Sequence record: ON075799
Reading direction: 5' to 3' (one strand)
Origin: Escherichia phage vB_EcoM_TH18
Length of the DNA stretch: 64,000 nt
Part shown: positions 7,976-16,373 of the stretch, piece by piece
Numbering within the stretch: position 1 is the stretch's first letter
How the letters are laid out: every line of letters starts with the position of its first letter
Made by a program: the position numbers and the translations under genes
The notes under the pieces: generated by a model
What the model was told of the DNA's origin: nothing
The model's database searches: none
Seen by the model: only the letters and a program-made list of their open reading frames with translations

Positions 7976-8202
7976 GCAGGATCAAGCCTAGATATAATGT
8001 ACTGGTTTAAATCTGAATATGGGAAGATACTTTCAAAGATAACCTGTTTAAATCTGAAGCCGCACAAACCGAAAAGTACCTTCTGACACTCACCAAAAGA
8101 GCAATCTTTACCAACTTTTATCACAACCGTATCGGCAATCTGCACACTTTCTATCTCTTTAGATTCATGATGCCGTACTATGATTACTTTAGAAACCATC
8201 AT
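7972..8202 (-). CDS. hypothetical protein (76 aa)
   Basis: ORF from six-frame track; translationally coupled to downstream gene. Confidence 0.45.
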   Translation of the reverse strand: MMVSKVIIVRHHESKEIESVQIADTVVIKVGKDCSFGECQKVLFGLCGFRFKQVIFESIFPYSDLNQYIISRLDPA

Positions 8203-8327
8203 ACTCGTCCATATTAAAGCCTTCTACTAAAGATAGTAGATGTCTAGGGTTGGACCGCAAACGCAACCCCATGGAATTTGTTACGGTCTTCAGTTGACCC
8301 AAGCGGATTTCATTGACATCTTTTAAC

Positions 8328-8402
8328 TGGAGCATCCAGAGGGTATCGAACCCTCGACTTCAGCTTGGAAGGCTGTAGTTTTCCCAATTAAACTATGGAT
8401 GC
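8328..8402 (-). tRNA. tRNA-Gly (anticodon UCC)
   Basis: Acceptor GCATCCA/TGGATGC, D arm GTTT/AAAC, anticodon arm (A)CAGC-CTTCCAA-GCTG, T arm GAGGG-TTCGATA-CCCTC, CCA encoded. Confidence 0.75.
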
Positions 8403-8407
8403 ATATT

Positions 8408-8483
8408 TGGTGGGAGTGGTAGGCTCTGCCCCTACGTCCTCTCGATTATCGGTCGAGCGATCTACTAACTGATCTACACTCCC
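8408..8483 (-). tRNA. tRNA-like cloverleaf with Ile-type anticodon GAU but non-canonical D and T loops and C at position 33
   Basis: All four stems perfectly paired, CCA encoded, but D loop AGTTAGTA lacks GG, T loop is GGCAGAG (no TTC), anticodon loop is CCGATAA. Confidence 0.5.
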
Positions 8484-8546
8484 AAACTGTACTGGCCCAA
8501 CAACCACGATTGGAGGGTATCGTCACACATCAAAGCCAGTACAGTT
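8484..8546. other. long perfect hairpin (13-bp stem, ~37-nt loop) between two tRNA genes
   Basis: aaactgtactggc (8484-8496) and gccagtacagttt (8534-8546) are exact reverse complements. Confidence 0.6.
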
Positions 8547-8551
8547 TTAGT

Positions 8552-8641
8552 TGGTGTGCCGTGATAGAGTCGAACTACCCGAGTCCCTTTCGAGACAGGA
8601 GATTTACAGTCTCCCCCGCTACCCCTACGGTCTAACGACAC
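8552..8641 (-). tRNA. tRNA-Tyr (anticodon GUA), type II
   Basis: 90 nt; acceptor GTGTCGT/ACGGCAC (one G-U), anticodon arm GGAGA-CTGTAAA-TCTCC, long variable arm, T loop TTCGACT, CCA encoded. Confidence 0.7.
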
Positions 8642-8642
8642 A

Positions 8643-8990
8643 TTAACCTTGTTTGAATTGAACAATATCCGTCGAGAACGGTTTAGCTGCCTTAATAGGT
8701 GCTTTTTCTGAGTTATCTTTTTCGAGTAACTCTTCGTTTTCCTCATCAAAGTAATCAGAAAGCATCTGCTCACCTTTCTCAATAACATAACGAGCTATAT
8801 TTTCTCTGATATTGTCTTTTGTATTCACATTCTTCATCAAATCCCTAAGAACCTGATGAGCTTCAGGAATCATTGCAATCAGATTCGTTTTTAAATCTAG
8901 GATATTTTTCTCTAACTGAATTGCATTAGATTCCTCTTTCAGAGGACGACCTTTTCCTCTTCTACGTTTTGTAAGCTGCTTAGTAGCCAT
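8643..8990 (-). CDS. hypothetical protein (116 aa, basic N-terminus)
   Basis: Start refined to MATKQLTKRRRGKG; the longer ORF-track N-terminus overlaps the tRNA cluster; sigma70-like promoter just upstream. Confidence 0.5.
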   Translation of the reverse strand: MATKQLTKRRRGKGRPLKEESNAIQLEKNILDLKTNLIAMIPEAHQVLRDLMKNVNTKDNIRENIARYVIEKGEQMLSDYFDEENEELLEKDNSEKAPIKAAKPFSTDIVQFKQG

Positions 8991-9009
8991 TTTAAAACCC
9001 CACTTAATG

Positions 9010-9039
9010 ATATTATCAAATAAAAACATATCTGTCAAG
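9010..9039 (-). promoter_or_regulatory. sigma70-like promoter (TTGACA, 18-nt spacer, TAATAT)
   Basis: Minus strand reads TTGACA...TAATAT shortly upstream of the ATG at 8990. Confidence 0.5.
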
Positions 9040-9075
9040 TGGTATTTTAACATATTTACCAAGAAATTGAAAGTT

Positions 9076-9152
9076 TGGAGCACGGTGTCGGACTTGAACC
9101 GACATATATCTGTTTTGCAGACAGATCCGTAACCAAATTCCAGCAACCGTGC
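9076..9152 (-). tRNA. tRNA-Cys (anticodon GCA)
   Basis: Acceptor GCACGGT/ACCGTGC, anticodon arm TCTGT-CTGCAAA-ACAGA, T arm GTCGG-TTCAAGT-CCGAC, CCA encoded; D stem weak. Confidence 0.65.
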
Positions 9153-9228
9153 AATAAGTACCCCAGGTAGAGAACCTATAGAGTGGGTCTTACGAGCCGC
9201 GCTGACGATTCTCAAGTTGGGGTTAATC

Positions 9229-9305
9229 TGGTCGAGGAGACAGGATTCGAACCTGTGACCTACGGCTTAGAAGGCCGCTGCTCTATCCAACTGAGCTACA
9301 CCCCG
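9229..9305 (-). tRNA. tRNA-Arg (anticodon UCU)
   Basis: D arm GCTC-AGTTGGATA-GAGC, anticodon arm GCGGC-CTTCTAA-GCCGT, T arm ACAGG-TTCGAAT-CCTGT, CCA encoded; acceptor has one mismatch. Confidence 0.7.
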
Positions 9306-9505
9306 AAAATAAGAATGCTTTATAGTGTATGGTTACTCAACCTCACTCCAACTTCCACAGTTGGTGCTCTACGAGCATGACTACGTTTGAAATCAACGTT
9401 GCGCACCGATAGCTTTCTCACGCATTGTATGCCTCATTCCCAACAAATGCTGATCAGACATTTATATCGAATAATATAAGCTAATACACTATAAAACAAA
9501 CTTGT

Positions 9506-9602
9506 GGCTGGGTGATGGAATCGAACCACCTATGTATTCAACGGCTTCCCCGTCTATTTTCAGGATTATAAATCCTCGCCCTTGCCAAAGGGCTTACCCA
9601 GC
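9506..9602 (-). tRNA. over-long (97 nt) tRNA-like element, anticodon arm ambiguous
   Basis: Perfect acceptor (GCTGGGT/ACCCAGC), D arm GCCC-TTTGGCAA-GGGC, T arm GGTGG-TTCGATT-CCATC; central region has only a 4-bp stem with loop TTTATAA and ~30 extra nt; no encoded CCA. Confidence 0.35.
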
Positions 9603-9604
9603 AT

Positions 9605-9679
9605 TGGTGCTCGCAGCAGGTTTCGAACCTGCAACCCCCTGCTTACAAGGCAGGTGCTCTACCGTTGAGCTATACGAGC
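9605..9679 (-). tRNA. tRNA-Thr (anticodon UGU)
   Basis: Acceptor GCTCGTA/TGCGAGC, D arm GCTC/GAGC, anticodon arm CCTGC-CTTGTAA-GCAGG, T arm GCAGG-TTCGAAA-CCTGC, CCA encoded. Confidence 0.85.
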
Positions 9680-10044
9680 AATAAGACATTGCTTCCGATT
9701 AACAGCCTTGAGGCTTTACAGACCATATCTTGTGAGCCATAACCTGTGCCAAGGATTTCAGATGATAAACGAAATTTTATCTTTCAAGAGTCAACTTTCA
9801 AGTTTCATCTTTTACATTTAACCATTGACCTTTATTGTATGAACTTTTACTTAGTGGAAACAACAAGGCATCTTCGTGTGCCTCGCTGCATCTATGTCCT
9901 GTATTATCCTCATACATATACGATACATGGTGGGGGATATTTAACCTCCAACCCCCAGGAGGCAAGATGATGTAAACTTCGTTAATCAAAAGCAATGTTT
10001 TAAATTTCAAAACAAAGGAACGATAATGATATTATCAGAGCCTT

Positions 10045-10692
10045 TTAGAGAGAGTGCTCAATCTCAATTTCTGTCTTAGCGTTTGACTCAGACAACGCAA
10101 AATCAACGTTAGACAAGAAATCTTCAATCTCTTCTTCAAGAGAACGAATCTTAGAAGCCAGTTCAAGAGGATCCACAACCGATGGTGTGTTCATCATTCG
10201 AATAGGAGCTTCCACAGTCTTAATCTGCTCTGCATCTGGCGCTTTATCACGTTGGATATATGGCGCTCTTGCATTTTCAAGTTTATCTTCCAGAGATTTT
10301 TCTTCTTTTGCCAGAAGAAGCTGTGCAGAAGCACGCTGTGCACAAAGTTTGTTTAACAACTCTTGTTTAAAGCAAATCGTCCGTTTGCGTTCGATTGCCT
10401 CAGCAACTGTCATAGACACATTACCAATTTTGACAATTGTCTCAGCATTAGACTTAACAATTTTTGCTTTCAGTTCATCACGCACTGCCAAGAGGTCTTG
10501 CAGACTTTGATAGTCGTTGATCGCAGATTTCTTAAAATCATCAACAGAGCCGATATAACCCGGAATCTTACAATTATTCTCAGTTCCTTTTGCAATCTTA
10601 ATACAATCAAGATTGTAGATACGCTTATTGATCTTATCTTCAATTTTAGAGATAGAAGCAAGTGCACGAGTTACGGAAATCTTAGTAGACAT
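10045..10692 (-). CDS. hypothetical protein (215 aa, charged coiled-coil-like)
   Basis: ORF from six-frame track; charged, heptad-like composition. Confidence 0.55.
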   Translation of the reverse strand: MSTKISVTRALASISKIEDKINKRIYNLDCIKIAKGTENNCKIPGYIGSVDDFKKSAINDYQSLQDLLAVRDELKAKIVKSNAETIVKIGNVSMTVAEAIERKRTICFKQELLNKLCAQRASAQLLLAKEEKSLEDKLENARAPYIQRDKAPDAEQIKTVEAPIRMMNTPSVVDPLELASKIRSLEEEIEDFLSNVDFALSESNAKTEIEIEHSL

Positions 10693-10765
10693 GCGATCTC
10701 TCCTATGTAAATCAGCTTTGATAAAGTAACTATCCAGAAAAACAAAAACTATGTCAAGAAAAATT

Positions 10766-10957
10766 TTAATCTTTTACAGCATCTTTTATAGAATCACAAA
10801 GATCTTGAACAACATCAGATGTCGGTGACAAAATCATCTCGTCGGCTGCTGCTATAGCATCTGATGCTAAATCAACAAACGGAGTTGTTACCGCAGAAGT
10901 CACTTCAACAGCCGTTATTGTTACTTCGCTTGCAATCTTAAGCAAAGATCCTATCAT
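10766..10957 (-). CDS. hypothetical small acidic protein (63 aa)
   Basis: ORF from six-frame track in an otherwise gene-free gap. Confidence 0.4.
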   Translation of the reverse strand: MIGSLLKIASEVTITAVEVTSAVTTPFVDLASDAIAAADEMILSPTSDVVQDLCDSIKDAVKD

Positions 10958-11033
10958 AATCTCAACCCTCCTGAATATCCGTGATTCCCTTTATTTAACG
11001 ACGCTGGCTCACGGTGGCACTCTCGTCAATAAA

Positions 11034-11357
11034 CTATTTTTTAGTTTTCTTACCGTTTTCTACAGAAATGCTTGTTTTCTGTTTCGCTTCTCGTTCGCGC
11101 TTTGTTTTCCCAGTGCGAATACGATATGAAGCAGAAATAACTTCACCACCAATGACACGAGACACAGATTCGTAATACATTTCAGTATTACCGTCTTCAT
11201 CTTTGCGTTTTTTCAGAACTGCTACAGTTTGCGTTTTACCACCAAGGCGCACATCGTGCGGTGCAGAATGTGTCTGCGTGGATTTTGATCCAAACTGAAA
11301 AGGTTGCTTTATCGCCTCGATAGCTGACACCTTTTTAGCAGACTGTTTCTTAGCCAT
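11034..11357 (-). CDS. hypothetical basic protein (107 aa)
   Basis: Start refined to MAKKQSAKK with strong RBS ggagga upstream; lysine/arginine-rich. Confidence 0.55.
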   Translation of the reverse strand: MAKKQSAKKVSAIEAIKQPFQFGSKSTQTHSAPHDVRLGGKTQTVAVLKKRKDEDGNTEMYYESVSRVIGGEVISASYRIRTGKTKREREAKQKTSISVENGKKTKK

Positions 11358-11408
11358 TAAGTTTTCTCCTCCGAAAACAATAAACATAGTTTATTTCGTG
11401 TGCCACAT

Positions 11409-11485
11409 TTGGTGGCCCCTGCTGGACTTGAACCAGCGACCAAGCGATTATGAGTCACCTGCTCTATCCAACTGAGCTAAGGGGC
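11409..11485 (-). tRNA. tRNA-Met (anticodon CAU; initiator/elongator/Ile2 not distinguished)
   Basis: Acceptor GGCCCCT/AGGGGCC, D arm GCTC-AGTTGGATA-GAGC, anticodon loop CTCATAA, T arm GCTGG-TTCAAGT-CCAGC, CCA encoded. Confidence 0.8.
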
Positions 11486-11818
11486 CGAATCTCTTAATAT
11501 GAGATGATATTATCCTGTATGATCTACATTGTCAAGAGATATTTTAAAATTTTATACATCCCAGTTTTCTTCTTGATAACAACCTTCCCCGAATCCAACT
11601 TCTTTTTCAAAATCAATACCTTTTTTCATACATTCCTCACATTAACAGATATTGTTTTCAAACTCAAAACGTAAAATACGAACTCTGTCAATACACTGCT
11701 GTAATCTACAAAGCAACAACTCAACTTGTTTATGCGTCTCTTCAGTATACGTTTTGGTCATCTTGCTTTTCTCCGTGATCTTTTCATTGCAGCTTCTGCA
11801 CGTCTTTGTTTACGATTT

Positions 11819-12067
11819 TTAGATGGTTGTTCTAAGGATCCTGATAACGTACTTTGTTGTGCTAATCCCTTCGATGGGGTAGAAATAATATAATCCCCCT
11901 TCTTCACCGAACGATGCAATATATTTCCAGGATTCAATTCCAAAACCAGTTGTAGAAAAAGCGACATCATCCGCTTCTTCAAGCGCATCATCATGTGTTT
12001 TATGGAAAGACTCATGTTCTACGTACTCCCCGTTATCAGACTTAAGAACCATTTTTAATTTAAACAT
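11819..12067 (-). CDS. hypothetical acidic protein (82 aa)
   Basis: ORF from six-frame track with ggtga RBS-like sequence upstream; preferred over the overlapping frame 11758..12015. Confidence 0.45.
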   Translation of the reverse strand: MFKLKMVLKSDNGEYVEHESFHKTHDDALEEADDVAFSTTGFGIESWKYIASFGEEGGLYYFYPIEGISTTKYVIRILRTTI

Positions 12068-12135
12068 AACAAATCACCACTAATTTTATTTTTATCTTGT
12101 TATTAGATCTTATCAGTGGTGTTTATTTTTGTCAA

Positions 12136-12342
12136 TTAAACTATTCCAAAAGCCTTGACACCACGCTCGTATTCTGCTACTGCAAGCTCATGAGGAGAAA
12201 GGTCACATGAGGCATCCTTGCAAAGACCGACTTCGATGTAATGTTCTTCTAGTCCATCAAGGATATCTGGCTCCCACGCTTTTTTCATGTCTGGATGGAC
12301 TGATGCACGATTTCTATCGTACTTCGCTACGAGATTTCTCAA
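12136..12342 (-). CDS. hypothetical protein (68 aa)
   Basis: ORF from six-frame track, downstream of the nadV terminator. Confidence 0.45.
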   Translation of the reverse strand: MRNLVAKYDRNRASVHPDMKKAWEPDILDGLEEHYIEVGLCKDASCDLSPHELAVAEYERGVKAFGIV

Positions 12343-12354
12343 AACATTCTCCTC

Positions 12355-12382
12355 AAAATAAAAACCCCTCCATGTGGAGGGG
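12355..12382 (-). terminator. rho-independent terminator after nadV
   Basis: Hairpin cccctcca/tggagggg preceded on the plus strand by an A-run (U-run on the minus transcript). Confidence 0.55.
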
Positions 12383-12395
12383 AATGATTATGGTG

Positions 12396-14111
12396 TTAAA
12401 GCTGTGATAAGGCTCTTTGGCGAATTTCTTCAAGATCCTCATCCACAAGCAGCTTACCATTAACAAAAACTGTTCTAAGCTCGTTATCATGGTCAGATAC
12501 TTGGTTAATACCAAGATTATCTACCAGCTTCAACTCGCCATCATCACCACGAATAACTTTAACAAAACCTTTCGCAGATTTCTTCCCAAGATCAGTCTTA
12601 GGCTCTTTTACGACCATTACTTGTCTGCCATCAATCACAGCACCAGTAGCTTTTACAGCCATCCCAAGAGAATCACGGGTTGTATATTGCGTTGTATAAG
12701 ACCCTACACCAAACACAATGTTACTGGAAGCAAACCCTCGTTCTTCAAGGCGCTCAAAGATCTCTTTAGCACGGGAGATTGTGATAGAGTCTCCGTAGAT
12801 TAAACCAACATGGCTATCAAGAACTTTGTAACCCAAAGAGTTTACACTACCACCAAAGATTTCCCACAAGCATTGTACAGCACCCTTAACTTCCTCTTTT
12901 GTCAGATAATTTGTAAATTCATCACCTGTCAAAGATTTCCAATCTACGAGGTTGCCTTCCGAATCTCGCATCCATGAAGTGTCTCTGGACATCTCGTATA
13001 AAGTGACATATTTGCCATTTTTAAACAGCACAGCATCCATGTCACAGCACTGCCCCGTTGCCCATTCTTCCTGAGAGCACACGCGATAACCAGCAATGAT
13101 GTGCTCTGGGATCCCACTGTCAGGTCGGAAGACCAGCTTGCCATCACGAGACATAATCTCATCTTTCAGGATTTTTGCTGCCTGTGTAATGATTGCCCAA
13201 AAATCATAGCTGTCAGCGACGTATGAAGCATAACCTGATGGGAAAATCTCTGTCACATAACGCTTTAAGAACTCAACTTCAGCACGAAAACGTGCTTCAT
13301 CAAGCGGCATATCAGGATTTTCCTGCTGGATACGCTCAACAATAAAACCAATGTTCGTTGTCGCTACGCTATGCTCAGATGCGGGAATAGACCCAGCAAC
13401 AAAGCGACCTTTCATGTTGTAATAGCGATTTGCGTAAACAATCGCTGGAATTGTATCTGTGCCCATTGAGCTAATCAGTTGCCCAAATTCGCTCTGTGCT
13501 GCGTCATGTGTTCCAGCTTCACCACGGTATGCAAAACAATGGTTCTGGAAAGGAACATGATCGTTGTTATCACATGTTTTCTTTGCCCACAGTTCTGATA
13601 GTTTACGGTATTGCCAGAAAGTCGTTGCCGTGGTAATTGTCTTCCAAGTCTCCGATGAGATCACGCTCTCAAGGAAGTTCGGCAGCCAGTAAAAATCAGG
13701 ATGCGTGTTCTGAATCGTGAACATGGGAACCTGAACAGGAACAAGAGTTCCTTCAGGCAAAGCCCTAATTTCAATTGGGAGATAACCAAGGTCATGCAAT
13801 TTCTCAAAACCCCAAGTTTCAACAGCATCCTTCCCAATGCTCAAATCACAAATCTCTTTGTAATCCTGAATCGCCTTTTCTTTCGGTAAAGCGAAGAAAT
13901 TATTATTAAACATGTCGATCAGGAACCACTTGATAAATCCCTGAAGACCTGCAAACATCACACGATGGTCATCATCTGCAAAGTGTACAAAGTGTTTCAC
14001 ATTGCGTGGGGTCATGTTGTCTTGAACAAACTGTGAACGTCTATCGTACATCGAGATGTGACTTGGTTTATAAAAATCTGCGAACAGCAATGGACTTTCT
14101 TTGTGAAGCAT
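12396..14111 (-). CDS. nadV: nicotinamide phosphoribosyltransferase (NAMPT/NadV family)
   Basis: 571 aa; overall resemblance to the NAMPT family by eye (not searched); adjacent to a PRPP synthetase gene. Confidence 0.7.
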   Translation of the reverse strand: MLHKESPLLFADFYKPSHISMYDRRSQFVQDNMTPRNVKHFVHFADDDHRVMFAGLQGFIKWFLIDMFNNNFFALPKEKAIQDYKEICDLSIGKDAVETWGFEKLHDLGYLPIEIRALPEGTLVPVQVPMFTIQNTHPDFYWLPNFLESVISSETWKTITTATTFWQYRKLSELWAKKTCDNNDHVPFQNHCFAYRGEAGTHDAAQSEFGQLISSMGTDTIPAIVYANRYYNMKGRFVAGSIPASEHSVATTNIGFIVERIQQENPDMPLDEARFRAEVEFLKRYVTEIFPSGYASYVADSYDFWAIITQAAKILKDEIMSRDGKLVFRPDSGIPEHIIAGYRVCSQEEWATGQCCDMDAVLFKNGKYVTLYEMSRDTSWMRDSEGNLVDWKSLTGDEFTNYLTKEEVKGAVQCLWEIFGGSVNSLGYKVLDSHVGLIYGDSITISRAKEIFERLEERGFASSNIVFGVGSYTTQYTTRDSLGMAVKATGAVIDGRQVMVVKEPKTDLGKKSAKGFVKVIRGDDGELKLVDNLGINQVSDHDNELRTVFVNGKLLVDEDLEEIRQRALSQL

Positions 14112-14174
14112 GATCTCAACCCTCCAACCTAAAAGCGTATTTTTTCACTAAAACGTATCTTTGTCAAGATGTAA

Positions 14175-14984
14175 TTAAAAATTTTCTGTCCAGTCGTAGT
14201 ACGCATAGATTTCGTCAACGCCACCGTTGAGAATAAATTCTTTCCCACGAGAGAAAATCCCATGCGTGACATACAAGATAACACGTTTAGCACCAGCAGC
14301 TTTCAAGGCTTGAGCTAAGTTTGTAAACGTAAACCCACCATCGCAGATATCATCAACAATCAGGCACATCTTCCCATCGACATCACCAAACACTGTTGTG
14401 CCTGTGATTGCCCCTGTTCCCACATCACGGATTTTACCAGCTTCAACCACAGATAGTTCCAAGGCATCAGCTACCTTCTGGGTCTTCTTGCGTGCACCTG
14501 CATCTGGAGCAACCAACACAAGCGATTCGTCCGTAAGCAGATCAAAATCAAACTTCATGTTCAAGAACAATTCAGTCTGAGAACGAATTTTCACGTTATC
14601 AAGCAGTGCTGCGGATACGTCACTGTGTGGGTCATCGACGATGACTTTGTGGAAACCCAGCGAGTTAATCATTGTGGCAAAGACTTTCACCGACAGAGCT
14701 TCACCAGGGTTCATAACTCGGTCTTGTCGAGCATACGGGATGTACGGCAGGTGTAAAACCTTTTCCACACCAACATCCAAATTGCCAAGACGATTGACTG
14801 CATCAACAAGCAACGCAAGACACATCACATCTTGGGAGTGCTTAATGCGAGCGAAGATATCCACAAAACCAATCGAACCCTTAGGGATATAGTGCATATC
14901 GATCTTCACCTGCTCCTCACCACCACTGAAGGTAAAATGGTCAACTGGAACATGCAACTTGTTCAAACTCAAACGAATATTCAT
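14175..14984 (-). CDS. prs: ribose-phosphate pyrophosphokinase (PRPP synthetase)-like
   Basis: Motifs PYIPYARQDR, VAPDAGARKK and PRPP-binding LIVDDICDGGFT match the Prs family pattern. Confidence 0.7.
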   Translation of the reverse strand: MNIRLSLNKLHVPVDHFTFSGGEEQVKIDMHYIPKGSIGFVDIFARIKHSQDVMCLALLVDAVNRLGNLDVGVEKVLHLPYIPYARQDRVMNPGEALSVKVFATMINSLGFHKVIVDDPHSDVSAALLDNVKIRSQTELFLNMKFDFDLLTDESLVLVAPDAGARKKTQKVADALELSVVEAGKIRDVGTGAITGTTVFGDVDGKMCLIVDDICDGGFTFTNLAQALKAAGAKRVILYVTHGIFSRGKEFILNGGVDEIYAYYDWTENF

Positions 14985-15382
14985 GATTTATCTCCTCTAG
15001 CACGATTGACGATAATATAATTTCTTGGTTTCACGTTACCATCAGAATCCTGAAATCCTGATCTGACACGCCTGACATAACCAAAGCTCTCCATCCGAGA
15101 CAGAAATTCAGACACTTTGGTTCGTGAGTTTTCGTTCCACCCCAACAGACCACACAAGGATTGCTGTGACGGAAAGAATACCAGTTCCCCACCCAAGGGG
15201 TTCCGACTCTTGAAATACTCGTATCTCCACAACAAGCGTATCAGTCTTTGCAGATCGCTTGGTGATAACCGTTCATCAAAAACCCACTCTGTCGGCACAG
15301 CGATGTACGACCCAGCTTTCGGATTTACATGGAAACCCCCAACATTCGATTTCAAGGCAAACTCCGGTGTGTAATTCAACAC
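14981..15382 (-). CDS. hypothetical protein (133 aa)
   Basis: ORF from six-frame track; first minus-strand gene beside the AT-rich strand-switch region. Confidence 0.5.
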   Translation of the reverse strand: MLNYTPEFALKSNVGGFHVNPKAGSYIAVPTEWVFDERLSPSDLQRLIRLLWRYEYFKSRNPLGGELVFFPSQQSLCGLLGWNENSRTKVSEFLSRMESFGYVRRVRSGFQDSDGNVKPRNYIIVNRARGDKS

Positions 15383-15452
15383 CGAGAATGCTACTCATAA
15401 CACCACACAATGTCAACCCCTCCCATATGTCCCCATTTCAGGGACATTATGA

Positions 15453-15540
15453 TCTAATATAATATATATTATATAATATAATTTAATATAATACTACGTA
15501 TTATATATATTATAATATATATATATAATTTATATAAAAT
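15453..15540. repeat. AT-only low-complexity repeat tract (TA/ATA-type)
   Basis: ~90 nt of taatataatatatattatataatataatttaatataat... between divergent gene blocks. Confidence 0.8.
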
Positions 15541-15640
15541 ACACTAAGTCTTGAAGAATGTCAAGACTTGATTTTAAATATTTTTGTTGATATGATTCGA
15601 TTGAGTCGAATCGTATGGTTCGATGATTTCGAATCATAGA
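15541..15640. promoter_or_regulatory. cluster of palindromes at the divergent intergenic region
   Basis: agtcttga-agaatg-tcaagact, gattcga-ttgag-tcgaatc and atgattTCGAAtcat dyads next to the AT tract. Confidence 0.5.
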
Positions 15641-15976
15641 GTTCATGTTGTTTTGCCTGAAATCGTGAGTCGATGAGACTCTTCAGGCAATACGTGAGTG
15701 TGTAAGATGCTCACTGCGCTGATAGCTTGTGATCATCTAACCCTCATGAGCCATTCTGAGATAAACCCACATCAACAAACCCCACAGGTTTGTCTCTGTG
15801 TGTTAATCTCAATCATGGATTCGGGTTGTCACAAGTCACTATGTGACTCTGTGTGGGGATTTCGAATGTGTACCGGAGCATGGCGCACAGGACTGGTTCA
15901 TCTGTCCGTCTCAACTGGGGCGCGGCGGGGGTTAAGGTTTAGTTTTACGTTTTGTGTGGGTGTGGAGGAGAGTTTT

Positions 15977-16255
15977 ATGGCCTACGATGAAAATTCTATC
16001 CGGGTGCTGTCACCTGATGATATCAAACAACGATTTGACTGGGTACGCATCGGGGATTTGGTTCACGAATATAACTTACCTGTGGATTGGGTCAGACGTG
16101 GCTTTGAAGCGTGCTGGAGGTTAAACATCGAGCCTGATTATTTTATCAACAAGTACATCCTCAAGCAGGATGTTGAACCTGTACCTGATTTCGAGGTTGT
16201 TTTTAAAGAGATTGTTATGGAGTCTCGATTCAAGGATCAGGTATGCTCCAGGTAG
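15977..16255 (+). CDS. hypothetical protein (92 aa)
   Basis: Start refined to MAYDEN with RBS ggaggag 6 nt upstream. Confidence 0.55.
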   Translation: MAYDENSIRVLSPDDIKQRFDWVRIGDLVHEYNLPVDWVRRGFEACWRLNIEPDYFINKYILKQDVEPVPDFEVVFKEIVMESRFKDQVCSR

Positions 16256-16373
16256 TCTCAAAAACGCACCTGTGAATCAGATTTGCAAATGTAGTCCACA
16301 GATAGGTAAAAACATCAACGCAAATCGATTCTCCGCTGGATCTACAGAGTAAATTTTCAATTTTCGGAGAAAA

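Noticed and set aside
9310-9500. Additional tRNA in the 190-nt gap between tRNA-Arg and the long tRNA-like gene
   Set aside because: No T-loop-like motif on either strand and no acceptor-stem complementarity; only a short ggtgc/gcacc stem was found.
9183-9684. Plus-strand ORFs 9183..9380 and 9502..9684
   Set aside because: They are antisense to the Arg, Thr and tRNA-like genes with no translation signals; artefacts of the six-frame scan.
11758-12015. ORF 11758..12015 (85 aa) overlapping 11819..12067 in another frame
   Set aside because: Mutually exclusive with 11819..12067, which has the better RBS and a more protein-like composition; a frameshifted single gene cannot be excluded.
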